Source: Camelus ferus (taxonomy: Eukaryota). From it: DNA of 64,000 bases. Below are positions 26,022 through 39,269 of the stretch, in pieces (position 1 is the stretch's first letter; each line of letters begins with the position of its first letter). The position numbers and the translations under genes are program-made. The notes below the pieces were generated by a model. That model was given only the letters and a program-made list of their open reading frames with translations. It did no database searches and was not told the origin of the DNA. The stretch lies in assembly GCF_009834535.1 (NCBI RefSeq), contig NC_045698.1, positions 14,944,001 to 15,008,000 on the forward strand, read 5' to 3'.

Positions 26022-26205
26022 CAGTTGACCCTTGAACAACACGGGTTTGAATTGCGTAAGTCCACTTTTACACAATTTTTTTTCAGTAAGTACTAGAGTT
26101 ATAACCTCTTGGGGTGGGGGTTGGTTGTATCTGTGGATGCAGAATCTCAAATATGAAAGGTTGACTCAACAATTACACATAAATTTTATGCTGTGCAGAG
26201 GGTTA
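26022..26205 (+). mobile_element. Tigger2a/MER8-like Tc1-mariner MITE (Tigger2a_Art-like), right end truncated
   Basis: A TA target is followed by the TIR CAGTTGACCCTTGAACAACACGGGTTTGAATTGCG, with internal GGTTGGTTGTATCTGTGGATGCAGAA. No right TIR is visible. Confidence 0.82.
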
Positions 26206-27929
26206 ACTTTATTTTTTTACTTGAAAATATACACTGGAGAGACTTTTATATCAGGATACATATTCTGTTAGTAACTACATAAAAGAATGTTTTCCTCCTT
26301 AGCTCATCATTAACAACCATTCCTTTATTGTTGACAATGTTGGTTTCCAGTATTTTGTTATTAGAAAGAAAGCAATGACTATCCCTGCAAAATATACCTA
26401 ATCAATTCTCTTTAATTTACAGATTAAATAAGATATCTGGTAGTATAATATATATCCATTTTTTCTGGAAAACTTTAGGGAATTAGCTTGTATTCTTATT
26501 AGTAATGCTACAGCTTACTTCTGCACCCCTCCCATGTCCATTGCTTATCCACAAGGCATTTCCACAGTGACTGCTCAATTTGCTTTCCAATGTTTTCCAC
26601 TCCAAATCTCTGCTAATCTAGAACATATCCAGAACACATCTGATGTAGTTTGTTGTTTCATGATATTTTCAAGTAGTATTAATTTTGAGGTGCCCAAAAG
26701 GCAAGTTCCCTTTTGGTCTTTAGTCATAACATGGTTGAAATAGAAAATAGAATAATTTTCTATTCAAGTTTCATAACTAGTTTATGGTTTATAGTTTATA
26801 GTTCTTCTCTCAGAAGGACATTTTTGCTTTGGTTTACATTTCCTGATTGCTCTTATCTCTGACTCCAAGCAAAAATTATGCTTGATTTTCCAAGATCTGC
26901 ACATGTTTCCACTGGTTATGCAAATTTGATACCTAGGTATATCACTTTCAGATGAAGTTTTGGAAACATTTCTGGATCTTTATTTTCCATTTTAGGAATG
27001 CCACCACCAGTGGAGCAGTAAATATTGTCATTTTTGTGTTACATAGAGTTGATTTGCAATAGAAAACATATGCACAGATCATAAGGGATTTATTTTATTA
27101 CAAAGCCAGACTTTCACATATAGACTACTGGTAAGGCTGTCTGATTTCAAATTGGACATGCATTTATGAATATTTTGATGGGTGATTTTCAATATTTACA
27201 TTTGGTTGCTAAGACCAGTGAGTGGGGGAGGTTAAAGGTACATGAGAAATTATTTTTATTTTATTTGGAGGTGTTTTCTTTTCTTTTTTAGGGTTTACTT
27301 TGAAGTCTGAGAGTTTACTTGATTTCTTAGGGCAAAAGGACAATAAGTATTACACAACTAGTTTGAGATAACAGCAGTCTCATACTACTTTTATTAACTT
27401 AATTTTCTTTCCTTTTTTTTTTTTTTTTTGGTGGGGGTGATATAAGGATCATGTCTGTTAGTGTTCCAATGTCAGGAAAAAACAAATAAATTGATCTCAA
27501 ACTCTTAAGTTTTGCAATTAGCGATTAGAGGAATAAAGGTGAGATGTGCCATCAGTACCATTTAAAGTATTAGTAAAACTCTCATTAAAATAATCAAGCT
27601 TTTAAATAAAAAATCAATTAAAATATACATTTGATGTGACAATCCTGAATATTTAGAAAATATTGTATTAAGAATAGTAATAAATATATTTATGGTAATT
27701 AAAAAATAATACAAAATAGTAAACATTGCAATTATTCTTAAATTATTGATATCAAATAGTAATACTGTAAACCTAGTAAAAGCAAGTAAGATACTAAAAT
27801 AGAAATGGACATTTATCCAATATTAAATGCACATAAAATTAGGAAGCAAAATCAATCCTAGTAAGTGATGTCATAGTTTATCTCACTATTTATAGCTTGG
27901 GAGTCAAGTGATATGGTCTTTCGTCACTG

Positions 27930-28410
27930 TATATAGAGATGAGGGAGAAATGTAAAGAGATGTGTGGAAGCAGAGTGGTTTAATTTTTGATATATTAATA
28001 TGTAAGTGTCTAAGGGACATAAATGTGGATAGATTCATTAGATGTTGTAATAGGTGAAATATGAGAAGAGATAAAACCTCCAAAATTCAAGTACAGGGAG
28101 ACAGAAGAACTTCAGCAGGAAATGTGTGGTACGTGATATTTAGGGTTTGCTGAGGACCAAATCAAAGCCCAACAACAGAAAGTTAAAAATTTCACAGTGA
28201 AAGTGATTGTTATTTTCATTCACATATGGGAGGTCTAGAAAAATCAATGCATTAATATAGACATTGTATTCCAATTTAAAAGTTATTGAATCTTTGAGAA
28301 GGAGTAGCTTCAGTGGAGCAGTGACACAGAGTTGCATATATTGCAATCAGTTATTGCAAGAAGACAGGAGGTGAGAAAATGAAGACTTTTTACAAAAATC
28401 ATTCTCACTT
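27930..28410 (-). mobile_element. L2 fragment
   Basis: AATTTTTGATATATTAATATGTAAGTGTCTAAGGGACAT...GTAGCTTCAGTGGAGCAGTG...GGAGGTGAGAAAATGAAGAC. Confidence 0.6.
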
Positions 28411-31400
28411 TGATCTCTGAAGAGAGCAAGATGGTGGAATAGGAAGTCCCCACCCTAGTTCTTCCCTAGAAACACTAATTTAACTATAATACATAGACCA
28501 AAATACTTTATGAAAGGCCCGGATTTCAGTTAAGAATTTGTAGTGTCATAAATGAACACAAAACTGAGAATAGCACTGAAGCTGATAAGAACAATGTCCC
28601 TCTCTCACCTCATCTCCTGCCCTGCACCAGCTCAGTGAGAGACATCAGCATAGCCTGCAAAATTTCTCCCTGGGGCTAGTGGAGGAGAGCGTGGAGTGTG
28701 CATCTAATGTCCTAGGCCTTTCAGTGCTCTCCTGCAGGGAGTTTCTTTTGTCTCACTCCACCCAAGTGGAAGGCTGATGTAACTGGCATAGAGTGGGCAC
28801 CTAGGCTAAAACAAAGGAAGTGGGTGGGCATTTGTGCAGCCTGTTTGGCTCTTCCTGATTGAGGAAAGATGAAAAACCTGAGACTTCTTCCCCAGGAGGG
28901 AGAAGGAGAAGTGTAGCAAGCCTCCAACATTCTGGCTTGTGACACAGTAGTCAGATGCCAGACGGAGCAAGAGACTACAAACTCCCGAAAAAAAGAAAAC
29001 AAAGAAGCCAACAAATTCCTCTAATTAACTACATGCACAAGTCCATAGAAGACATATCTATAGAAATTATTTGAGAGACTCCCAGAATCTCTAGCCAGAC
29101 TAACTGGTGAAGGTGTTTGCCTATTAAAACCAGTATATGAAAAGTGAAGTAGGTGAGGGTTTCTTCAAAAATGTTGATAAAAATGCAAAACTACAAGGTA
29201 CATGACGAATCTGGAAAACCAATGAAAAGAAAAAATCAAAAAAACTCTAGTAACTGACCCTAAAGAAATGTAGATCTGTGAATTATCTAACAAAGAATTC
29301 AAAAATAATCATAGTTACAAGAGATCAAAGTACCTAAATGAAATTAGTAAAATTATATATCAGCAAAATGAGAATATTTACAAAGAGGTAGAAACTATAC
29401 AAAGAATAAAACAAATTCTGGAACTGAAAAATACAATAGCTAAACTGAAAAATTCACTAATAGGATTCAACAGGTGACTTGATCAAGCAGAAAAAATAAT
29501 CAGCAAGTTAGCCAGTGAGGGGAGCAAATAAATAAATAAAAATAAAAGAGTGAGAAAAGCTCCTAAGGGATTTATAAGACATCATGAGATGATTATGGGA
29601 AGTCCAAAAGGGGAAAAAGGAGATAAAGGGGCAGGAAGCTTATTTAAAGAAATAAGCCCCGAATTTCCCACACATAGGGAGAAAAATCAATATCCAGATT
29701 CATAAAGTCCAACCCATTGAACACATGATGAACAACAGTATAGACCATAGGAACTAAATAGATATATATAGAACATTTCATCCAAGAGCAACAGGATATA
29801 CATTATTCTCAAGTACATTTAGAATATTCTCCAGACCACAAGTTAAACAAAATAAGTAATAACAAATTTAACAAATATGAAATATACCAAGTATCTTTCT
29901 GAACATAACATAATGAAACTAGATCAATGACAGAAAGAAAACTGAAAAATTCACAAATATGTGGAAATCAAATATGATCTGGGGCAACCAATGAATACAA
30001 AAAGATATCAAAAGGAAGTTAGAAAATACCTAGAAACAAATAAAAATACAAACAAAATATACCAAAACTTTTGTGACGCAGCAAAAGCAGGACTAAAAGA
30101 GAAGTCTGTACACCAAATTGGTAATATATTAATAAGATCTTAACTTATCTGTGTGCCTCAAATAACTAGAAAAAGAAGAACAAACCAATCCCAAATTAGC
30201 AGATAGAAGGAAATAATAAATATTAGAGCAGACTTAAATAGAGAATAGAAAAACAAAAGAAAAAAAATCAATGAAAAGAAACAAAATTGACAAATCTTTT
30301 GTTACACTAAGTTAAAAAAGAAAAGAAAATCAAATAAATAAAATAAAAAATAAAGGGGAGACATTACAAGTGATATCACAGAAGTCAAAAATGATCATAA
30401 GAGACTACTATGAATAGTCAGATGCCAAAAATTGGACAGCCTTGAAAAAAAAGGATAAATTCCTTAGAAACAGAAAACTTACCAAAACTGAATCATGAGG
30501 AAATAGAAAATCTGAACAGACCAATAAAAAAGGAGATTGAATTTAGTAATTAAAAGCTTCCACTAAAAAAGCCTAGATAGTTTGGCTAGTGAATTATACC
30601 ACATATTGAAAGAAAAAATGAACTAATCAAAAAATTGAAGTGGAGGGAATACTTCCAAACTCATTTGAAGAGTTCAGAATTACCCAGATACCAGACTATG
30701 ATAAAATTGTAGGCCAGTATCTCTAATGAACATAAATGCAAAAATCCTCAGCAAAATACTAGCAAACCAAATTTAACAGTGCATTAAAAGGATCTTACTC
30801 CATGATCAAGTGGGATTTATCGCTAGGATGCAAGGATCTTTTAATTAAGGCTATTAAATTGAAGTGATACACTACATTAAAAGAATGAAGAGTAAAAATC
30901 ACATGGTACCTTCAGTAGAAGCAGAAAAAGAATTTGGCAAAATTCAACACTGTTTCATAATAAAAAATCAACAAACTAGGTAGAGAAGGAATTTTTATGA
31001 ACATAATAAAAGTCATGTGTGAAAAGCCCACAGCTAGCATTATACTCAAATGTGAAAAACTGAAAGTTTTTCCTTTAATGTTAGGAACAAGTCAGGGATG
31101 CCCACTCTTACTACTTCTATTCAACGTAGTACTTGAAGTTGTAACCAGAGATATTAGGTAGAAAAAATAAAAGAAATCCAACAAAAAAATGAAGAAATAA
31201 TTTTTTTTCTGTTTGCAATGACATATGTTAAGAAAACAATCCCATTTATACAAGCACCAAAAAGAATAAAATACTTAGCAATAAACTTAATCAAGGAAGT
31301 GAGACTTGTACACTAAAAACTACAAAAAATTATGAAAAATTAAATAAATAGACATCCTTTGTTCAATAATTGGATAACTTAATATAGTTAAAATACCTAT

Positions 31401-31501
31401 ACTATCCAAAGTGGTCTATAGATTCAATACAATCCCTATCAAAATCCCAATGGTAATTTTTACAGAAAGCAAAAAAAAGATTAAAATTTATATGGAACCA
31501 C

Positions 31502-31504
<3 letters not shown>

Positions 31505-31541
<37 letters not shown>
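31505..31541. repeat. (AC)18 microsatellite inside the L1
   Basis: Perfect AC run. Confidence 0.97.
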
Positions 31542-31543
<2 letters not shown>

Positions 31544-31684
31544 TAGTCAAATCAATACTGAGAAGGAATAGCAAAGCTAAAAGCATCAAACTCCTTAATT
31601 TCAAAATATATTACAAAACTACAGTAATCCAAACAACATAATGTTAGTGTAAAAACAGACTTAAAGACCAATGAAAAAAATAGA

Positions 31685-32206
31685 TTTGGGGTTGCACCCC
31701 ACAAGCCTGGAAGCCCTGTACCTGCCCAGGCTCTAGACTGAAGAAAGAGCCCAGAGTTACGGAGACAGACATCAGCAGTTTAATGGATAGACAATCTTAC
31801 ATGTCTGATGCAAAAAAGTTTCCTGGAGTGACACCCCACCTCGGACAACAGACAGCAGGCAGAACATGGCAGCAGTCTTCATTACAGGGAGAAGAAGGAG
31901 ATTCCCAGTTTAGTTTTGAAGGGAATTGATGTCAGATTGGCTCATCAGTTACCAGTGAAACCACTAGAGGAGCAGTTCCCTTTGATAAACTGATAGTGGA
32001 GATTAAGATTGTAATAAAGATTAGACAATCACTAGCTGAGGTGGGGATGGTGAGGGACAATTATTTAGGCATTTACTGATTAGGCTCTATGATTAAGAGG
32101 GAAGGTCAGTCAGGTAACTGAGTAGGGTGTTGCGGAATCTGGGACTAGTTGAGTAGGGGATGTACAGAGAGCAAGAGAACAGGCATCTTGGTCACCTAAT
32201 CATACA
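31685..32206 (-). mobile_element. Solo LTR (ERV1-like) inserted in L1 ORF2
   Basis: About 520 bp of non-L1 sequence interrupts the L1 at ...AGACCAATGAAAAAAATAGA | AGAGCCC.... It ends in ...TACA and has a minus-strand ATTAAA signal at 31779-31784 and a CCAAT box (GATTGG near 31935). The 4-bp flank duplication is imperfect. Confidence 0.75.
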
Positions 32207-35200
32207 AGAGCCCATGTGTGTATGGACAGCTGGTCTTCATCAAGTGTGCCAATGATATACAATGGGAGAGGATAGTCTTTCCAACAAATGGTTGAAACTG
32301 GGAAAACTGAGTATCCACATACAAGCGAATAAAATTGGACTTTTATCTTGCACCATGTACAAAAATAAATTCAAAATGGATTAAAGACTTAAATGAAAGA
32401 CCTGAAAATCTAATAATCTTAGAAGAAACTTAGGAGAAAAACTTCACAGCATTATTCTTGGCAATATGTATATTTTTTGGATATGATATCAAAAGCACAG
32501 GCAACAAAAGTAGAAAGAATGGGACTACATTAAAAAAAATTCATCAGAAAAAATTACATCAGGAAAAAAATTTCTGCACAGCAAAGAAAACAATCAGCAG
32601 AGTAGAAAGGCAACCTATAGAATGGGAGAAAATATACATAAATTAAATATCTCATAAGACATTAATACCCTCAAAATATAAGAAATTTTTAAACTCAATA
32701 GCAAAAAACAAACAAACAAAAAAAACAAAATACAAAAAACACAGAAAGCAAAACAGCAAAAAAAAATCCTTAATTAAAAATGAGCAAAGGACTCGAATAG
32801 ACACTTCTCCAAGGAAGACATAAAATGGTATTAGAAAAGGTACTCAATATCACTGCTCATCAGGGAAATGTAAATCAAAACTACAGTGACATTTCAGCTC
32901 ACACCTGTTAGGATGGTCATTATCAAGAAATCAAAAGATAAATGTTAACAAGGATATAAATGAAAGGAAACCCTTGAATACTGTTTCTGGGATTATAAAT
33001 TGGTGCAACTACTATGGAAAAGGAGTATGGAGATGCCTCAAAAAATTAAAAACAGAACTGCTATAAGATCCAGCAGTCTCACATATGAGGATATACCCAA
33101 AATATTGAAATCAGGACCTTGAAGAGATATATTTATATTCCCCTGTTCATTGCAGCTTTATTCACAACGGCAAAAGGAAGGAAACAACCTAAATTTCCAC
33201 AGACAAATAAGGCAAGTTTGGTATATACATACAGTAGAATATTATTCAACCAAAAAAGAAAGAAATTCTGCTATATGCAGCAACATGGATTTACCTGGTG
33301 ACATTGTGCTAAGTGAAGTAAGCCAGAAGCAGAGGGACAAACATTGCAAGATTTCACTTACCTGAGGTAACTAAAGCAGTCAAACTCACACCCGGAGTGT
33401 AGAATGGTCTTGCCAGAGGCTCCAGGGAGAGGGCGATGGGGAGTTTCTCTTCCATGACTGTGAAGTTTCAGTTATGCAGGATAAAAACGTTCTAGAGGTC
33501 TGCTGCACAACCTTGTGCTGGTAGAGTGGGCACCTATCATGAGGTGAATGAAAAACAGCTGAGAGAGTTGTGTGTGATGTTGCCACTGGTCTTGTGGTTA
33601 CCTCACTGTATTAAAAAAGGACAATTCACTTTATAAAGATGGATGACAAAATTCTTGGTAATAAATTTACACGTAATGTTTTTCTTTACTTAGAATGACA
33701 TTAAGCAGCAAAAATTACCATTACAAGCTGAGAGAGACACTGGAAAAATAAGATACTTTAGTACCTTTAATGGCACTTTCTTCTTGGTGTTTTCCTACTT
33801 TTTGAAGGTATCTCAATTTTTCACTTTAAGCAGAGCCTTACAAATTACAAAACCGGACATGGATTAACATGTAGGCACATTATAAAACCTGGAGAAAATG
33901 TTCGCACAAATTCAAAATAATTTACTTCTAATTGAAAGAACTCAGGTTTCAGCAAACTAAAAGAAACTTTGTTGTATTATAAAATAATAGTAAAATGGCG
34001 AAGCCTAGAACTGTCCTAGGGTTACCTAGAAAGCACAGTAGTAATGGGGTAGTCATTTATACAGAAAATTGCCATTTCTGAAAACAACATAAGATACCCA
34101 ATTTAAATTATGTTTTATTAATAAAACCCCAAAATGAGATTGCAGTTGTCACTCGCGTTAACAGAATATGCCTAAATTATAAGTAGAATCTGTGTAATTA
34201 CTTAAATATTTATTACTCAGATAAAGCTGTCCATAATTTATATTTATGTCAACAATTGGTAGTAAAATGAATAAGCGACTCTCTGTTTACCATCCAAGTT
34301 ATGATCATCACATCAAATTAATAAATGTTGCTCATATCATCTTAATTAGAATAGCAAAACAAAGAGTGCTGTGTGTGCATAAAGGCTTCATTGCCAGGGT
34401 AGGAAAAAGTAATAACTCTGTATTGTTTTTACATTTTACCCAAAGAGAAGTAATTTTCTCATGTTCTGGCTAAATAAAAAATATCTAAAGACACATGTTC
34501 TAGATTCAAAGAGGAGAATGATGTTCTTCTGTCACCTTGGCATCCAACAGAAAGTACAACTTTGCACAAAGATTTTGTCATTAAGTCCATGACAAAAATC
34601 AATCTTGTTTTAAAGTTTAATGCATTACCTTATGTGATAAGATTGTTAGAGGAGTGATAAGATTTTTTTGGTAGAATAAAGTTTTAGGAAAAATATGCAT
34701 TGACCTTTGAAGAATTTACCTATTGTTCTTCGTGTGTGAACATCTTCAGATAGAATCTCAAAGACAAGAAGGAAAGTGGCAATTCCTACAGGCACAGTAG
34801 ATTTTTAAAAATTAGCTAACAGGTCACACAAGTCGTGGAGTATCTTGGAACTAACAGAGAGAAGAGAAAGTCATTATTTCAGTTATCTAATTAAAGCAAC
34901 CACACTTCTGAATAGACTAGTCTTAATTAGTTAGAAAAAGTACATTTTTCAACTAGCTGGGTCAAGTTTTAAAGACAGGATGTCATTGAATTAGGCCCCT
35001 ATGACCTATGAAAATGTTTTTGAAAACATCTGGTAAGAGTAAAATTGGATAAATTCTGTGGGTGATATTATGGACGAATAATAGCGGAATAATAGTTATA
35101 CCTGGAAATTGTCACAAGGGGTTAAAAAATGTATAAAATTTGGTTAAACAAATAAAGTAAATCACTTTTACTTTATATTTCATATGTGTTCTCTAACAGT

Positions 35201-35489
35201 CAGTAATACTTTAGATTACTTAGAATTTGCAAAATTACTTTATGCCTTCTACTAAACTCAAACATACTTAAGGGAATATTGAGTTAAGGGTAGTTGGTCT
35301 AAGGACATTGATACATAATTTACTTCAATAATAGGAAACTCATCTACTCATATATGGATGAATAATGGCTAGCAGGGAGTTGAAAAAATTGCAAAGGATT
35401 TTTTTTTTCCCTTACTTTAAGTTAAAGCAGATAAAGGAACAAAAATTATTGTGATTCTCCAATGCTAACTGACTGTCACAAGAAGCAGG

Positions 35490-37436
35490 TATGGCAGAGA
35501 ATTCATCACACTGTTGTCCCCTTGAGAGTGCAGGAAAATCACATTGTCAAGCCTCCCCTGAAGTCAGTTTGGAAGCCATGCAGCTAGGTTCTGGGAAATT
35601 AAATATGCGCTACTTCTGGTCCCTCCTCTCTTTCCTTGGTTTCTTGGAAGCACCATGTGAGGGAGCACAGCTATAAGAAGGAAGTCACCGAATCATCATT
35701 TAAGAGAGAGCTGCTATGTAAACAATGAGGCAGTTAATAAATAAAATTTGAATGAATTAAGACACTGGGAGATGGCAATTTCTTATCATAGGAAAGTCGA
35801 TTCTATTCTAATCAGTAAATAAATTGATACAGAGGTGGGGTGCTGCAGTATTAAAAAAAATTAAACTATATCTCAAAACGTTTTTTGTTATATTCAGGCA
35901 GCAAGGTAACACCTACGAGAGGGGAAACGAGGCAATAAACACAAGCAACTGAAAGTATAAAAGGCACCTGCTGCAAATTTAAAGGCGGATTTCATGCTTA
36001 CAAGACTTGGAGAATTAGGGAAGATAGTACGTGTTTGAAGCCATTGGCAGAATTTTCAAAGATACAAGAAGGATAAGAGGTACTCTAGAAATTCAAGACT
36101 TCCCAAGAGTGAGGAAGAATGTTTCTGAGATGGAATTTTATAGAAGTTTTATGGGGAAAAAAAAAGAGGCCAGTGAAAGAATCTTGGTTTAACAAAATAA
36201 CCCAGGAAAAATACCATGTTAAAGATGGCCCTCCCATTAATTTTTTTTTCCAGATAGCTGCTTGTGTTTTGTTTGTTTGTTTGTTTGTTTAGCAGAAAAT
36301 GAGAGTGTCATGGGACCAGAAAGCAGGAAAGTAAAATACACTTGACATCTCTGTCCGGACAAGCATTTGAGGTGACAGAAACAAAGGGATCAGCAGCTTA
36401 TGTTTTTGCATGCTTACTGAAGAAACCGTTAGTGCATCCAGAAAAGACTTTAAATATTCAAAATTTTTAGCACTTCGGGCCCCTACCTTCTTTTAGGAGA
36501 AGAAGGACTCATTATAGACCCCTCAAAGAGTACATGGTTACCATCCCGCAGCTCAGATATGGCCAAGGAGAGTAATGAACAAGGAGTTCTAAGAGTTCAG
36601 AGCCAGAATTCACAGAGAGCAGAGGACAAGGGGTTTCTTCCAGTGAGCAGAATCAGAGTTTAATCAGGGTAATTCCTTCACTTGCATTTTATGTGTCTGA
36701 GAGGTTTATTAAGATCGCTTCCCAGTGGGATTTACATGGTTGTTTTCTGATCACTATTATATGCCTCCCGTTCTTTGCCTTTCCAAATGGGGGCGATTAT
36801 TGTGTACCCTGTGCCTTCTCCATCACTGCCTAATGGGTGTGAGTGCTGGAGAGGGGATGATAAATTGCCTTTTAAATTTGAAGGTCTGCAGACTAAAGGG
36901 AGTCACATCTGGATCTGATGGTGCCTAAAAACATGGAATCTGAGTAATCATCATTGACCAGATGGAAATTCATATTGTCTCTCTCAGGAAGGCATGAGAA
37001 TGTTCTATGTGTGAAAGTAGACTAAAATTATGGTAACCAAATGCTCTGTCAAAGATAATAAGATATATTCAAACCACTGTCTTCTTGGGCATACAAAAAT
37101 CTGACCGTTCACATGTTTCTTGTAGTTAGGTCCAGGACCATATGATTAAATTCTGATTAGTAGGATATAGGCATGTGTGATATAAAACACCTGCAGGTCT
37201 GGCCCATTGTACAACAGTCTCCTTCCTCTTTTGCCCTTCAGCAGGGAGCTTGGGTTCTGAGTGTTCCAGATCTACACCTGCATGATGAAATGGCCTGACT
37301 ACCAAGTCACCAATAAGGAAGGGCCAGCCTGCACAAGACTGTGCTATGCATGGGAGACAGAACCTTACTGTGCTAATCCACTGATATTTTGAGACATATT
37401 TATTATAAGATAGCCTACTCTACCCTCTCCAATAAA
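35490..37436 (+). mobile_element. Ancient MaLR provirus, MLT1I/J-like: 5' LTR (~35490-35820), internal region, 3' LTR (~37050-37436)
   Basis: The LTR-to-internal junction reads AAATTGATACAGAGGTGGGGTGCTGCAGTA. The two degenerate LTRs share CAAGCCTCCCCTGAAGTCAG / TTTCTTGTAGTTAGG motifs, and the 3' LTR ends ACTGTGCTAATCCACTGATATTTTG...TAGCCTACTCTACCCT. Confidence 0.7.
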
Positions 37437-37639
37437 ATGATATGAAATATTGATAAAACAAGAAAAACAGTACTAAACAAATACAGCGAGTCCTAATGAG
37501 AAGATGTTATTAAAAGAAAAATGCCCCCCAAATCTCCATGTATTTATCTTTTGCTGTCACTAAAACCAGAAACAGTCCTTTTTTTTTTCTGTCTGTGTCT
37601 GTTTTGATGAGTGAGGAGAGAAGAGCTGTTTGTGGTTAC

Positions 37640-39180
37640 ATGTTGACAATGGGAGGATATAAATATCAAATAGCCACTATTATTGGCAAAGACTCAGGAG
37701 TTCATCACAAATTGAATGCTTATCCAGTGCCCTTTTACAGAATAAAATAAATCCTTGCACAGTACTTTCAGGTCAATAACTGAGAAAATGTGGAGAGCAA
37801 ATCCAACAACTGATATTACCAACAGCCCAGATGAGGCCAACTTTCCAAGGCCCTCAGAAAATAGAAAGGGAGACACCAGTAACTCCAGAAAATTGAGGGA
37901 CTGATAGGAAGAGACACAGTGGACCGTTATGAGTGAGATGTGAGATGAGAAAGACAGGAAGGAAATGCAGAGTACGTGCCCAAATATAGAAAATAAAGAT
38001 AAATCGAAGTAACAATCTAAGGAAATGAAAAACAAAGTAAGACAATAGCAATAATACCAAATATACATCTTAAAGAGGTAATTTTAATGAGATACGTTCA
38101 TTTAGATAGAAAAAACTTACATTTAAATATTCCATATATACTTGCAGAAGAAAGTAAATGTATGAAAAAAATAGGACAGAAAATTATGAGTATAAGATGG
38201 AGACAGATTATTAATTTCATATAACGTTAAGGGGAAAACACAACTATAGAAACTTAAACTTTCAAATATTTTACAGTAGATTTTATAATGCAGATATAAT
38301 GGATAAGAATGTTTTGTATTAAATACTTTAAATAACAACAAAATACATAAAGCAAATTAAAATGGGCAAAAGACACCAAAGTCAAGACTCAGTAATTATC
38401 TATTCTATATCAGAACACTAAAATAAAATAATGGAAGGAGAAAAAATGAACTAAATAATACATGTAATGTCTCTAAACAAATATACACATTTTAAATTGT
38501 GCCACAATTAAAGGAAAACATCTTTTCACGTGTTCATATAATATATTGAAAATTTAACAATAAACTGCTCTAAAACCTTAAGCCCTTAAATTCCTTAAAA
38601 CAAGTACTAGTAATCCCAATTATACTTTCTGAACATAGTGCAATGAAATCCCACAAAACATCTGATTTTAGTGTTTGTTCTTTATTGCATGAAAAGTATA
38701 TTAATAAAGCAATGTGTTCTACCCTGAGGATGTATATCATCAAATAATTTACATAGAGTTCTATACACACAATGTTATTTTAATATGCTTCATATCTCTT
38801 TTTATTTTTGATTTCTAAAAAGACGATTTATACTAAGTTATTCATTGATTACATTGTTATTTATAAAATTAGAGCACAAGCTTGTCTATAAAGAAATTCT
38901 TAAATTTCAAAAGTTTGAAATCATGAACAGTATCTTTCTGACACAAATGACATTGAGCTAGAAATCAGTTACAAAAGATAACTGAAAAAAGAGCAACTGT
39001 TTGGAAATTGGATGGCATATTATAGACAATTAGCTAATCAGAAAGTGTAAAGAATAAATTGAAATCATATAAATTGATACATACATTTAACTGGTATATA
39101 GAATTTCATAAATTGTAGAATGCATCTAAGACAGTAATTAAACGAATTATATCCCAAAAAGCATATATTAAAAATATAAG
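37640..39180 (+). mobile_element. Very old L1 ORF1/ORF2 fragments
   Basis: A-rich strand with degenerate L1 motifs (TTCTGAACATAGTGCAATGAAAT; GTTTGAAATCATGAACAGTATCTTTCTGACACAAATGACATTGAGCTAGAAATCAGT). Confidence 0.6.
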
Positions 39181-39269
39181 GTCATATAAGTATATAATAT
39201 ATATTATGTACATTAAATATAAAATACATATAATATTATGACACACACATATATAAAACATTTACAAGG

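Larger units (their letters stand above)
28421..33620 (+). mobile_element. L1 (L1MA/MB-age) retaining both 5' and 3' ends, internally deleted and inactive
   Basis: 5' start GAGAGCAAGATGGTGGAATAGGAAG; ORF1 remnant at about 29190-29712. ORF2 EN/RT remnants include CATGATCAAGTGGGATTTATC, GGAACAAGTCAGGGATGCCCACTCT and a broken FADD region near 31209. The 3'UTR ends TATTAAAAAA near 33618. Many stops and frameshifts. Confidence 0.92.

Noticed and set aside
29961..33365. Short ORFs with L1 ORF2-like peptides (also 15481..15690)
   Set aside because: These are fragments of dead L1s with stops, frameshifts and a disrupted RT motif, not genes.
28394..33635. TSD for the long L1 (AAAAATCATTCTCACTTT vs AAAGGACAATTCACTTT)
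   Set aside because: The similarity is too degenerate and low-complexity to call.
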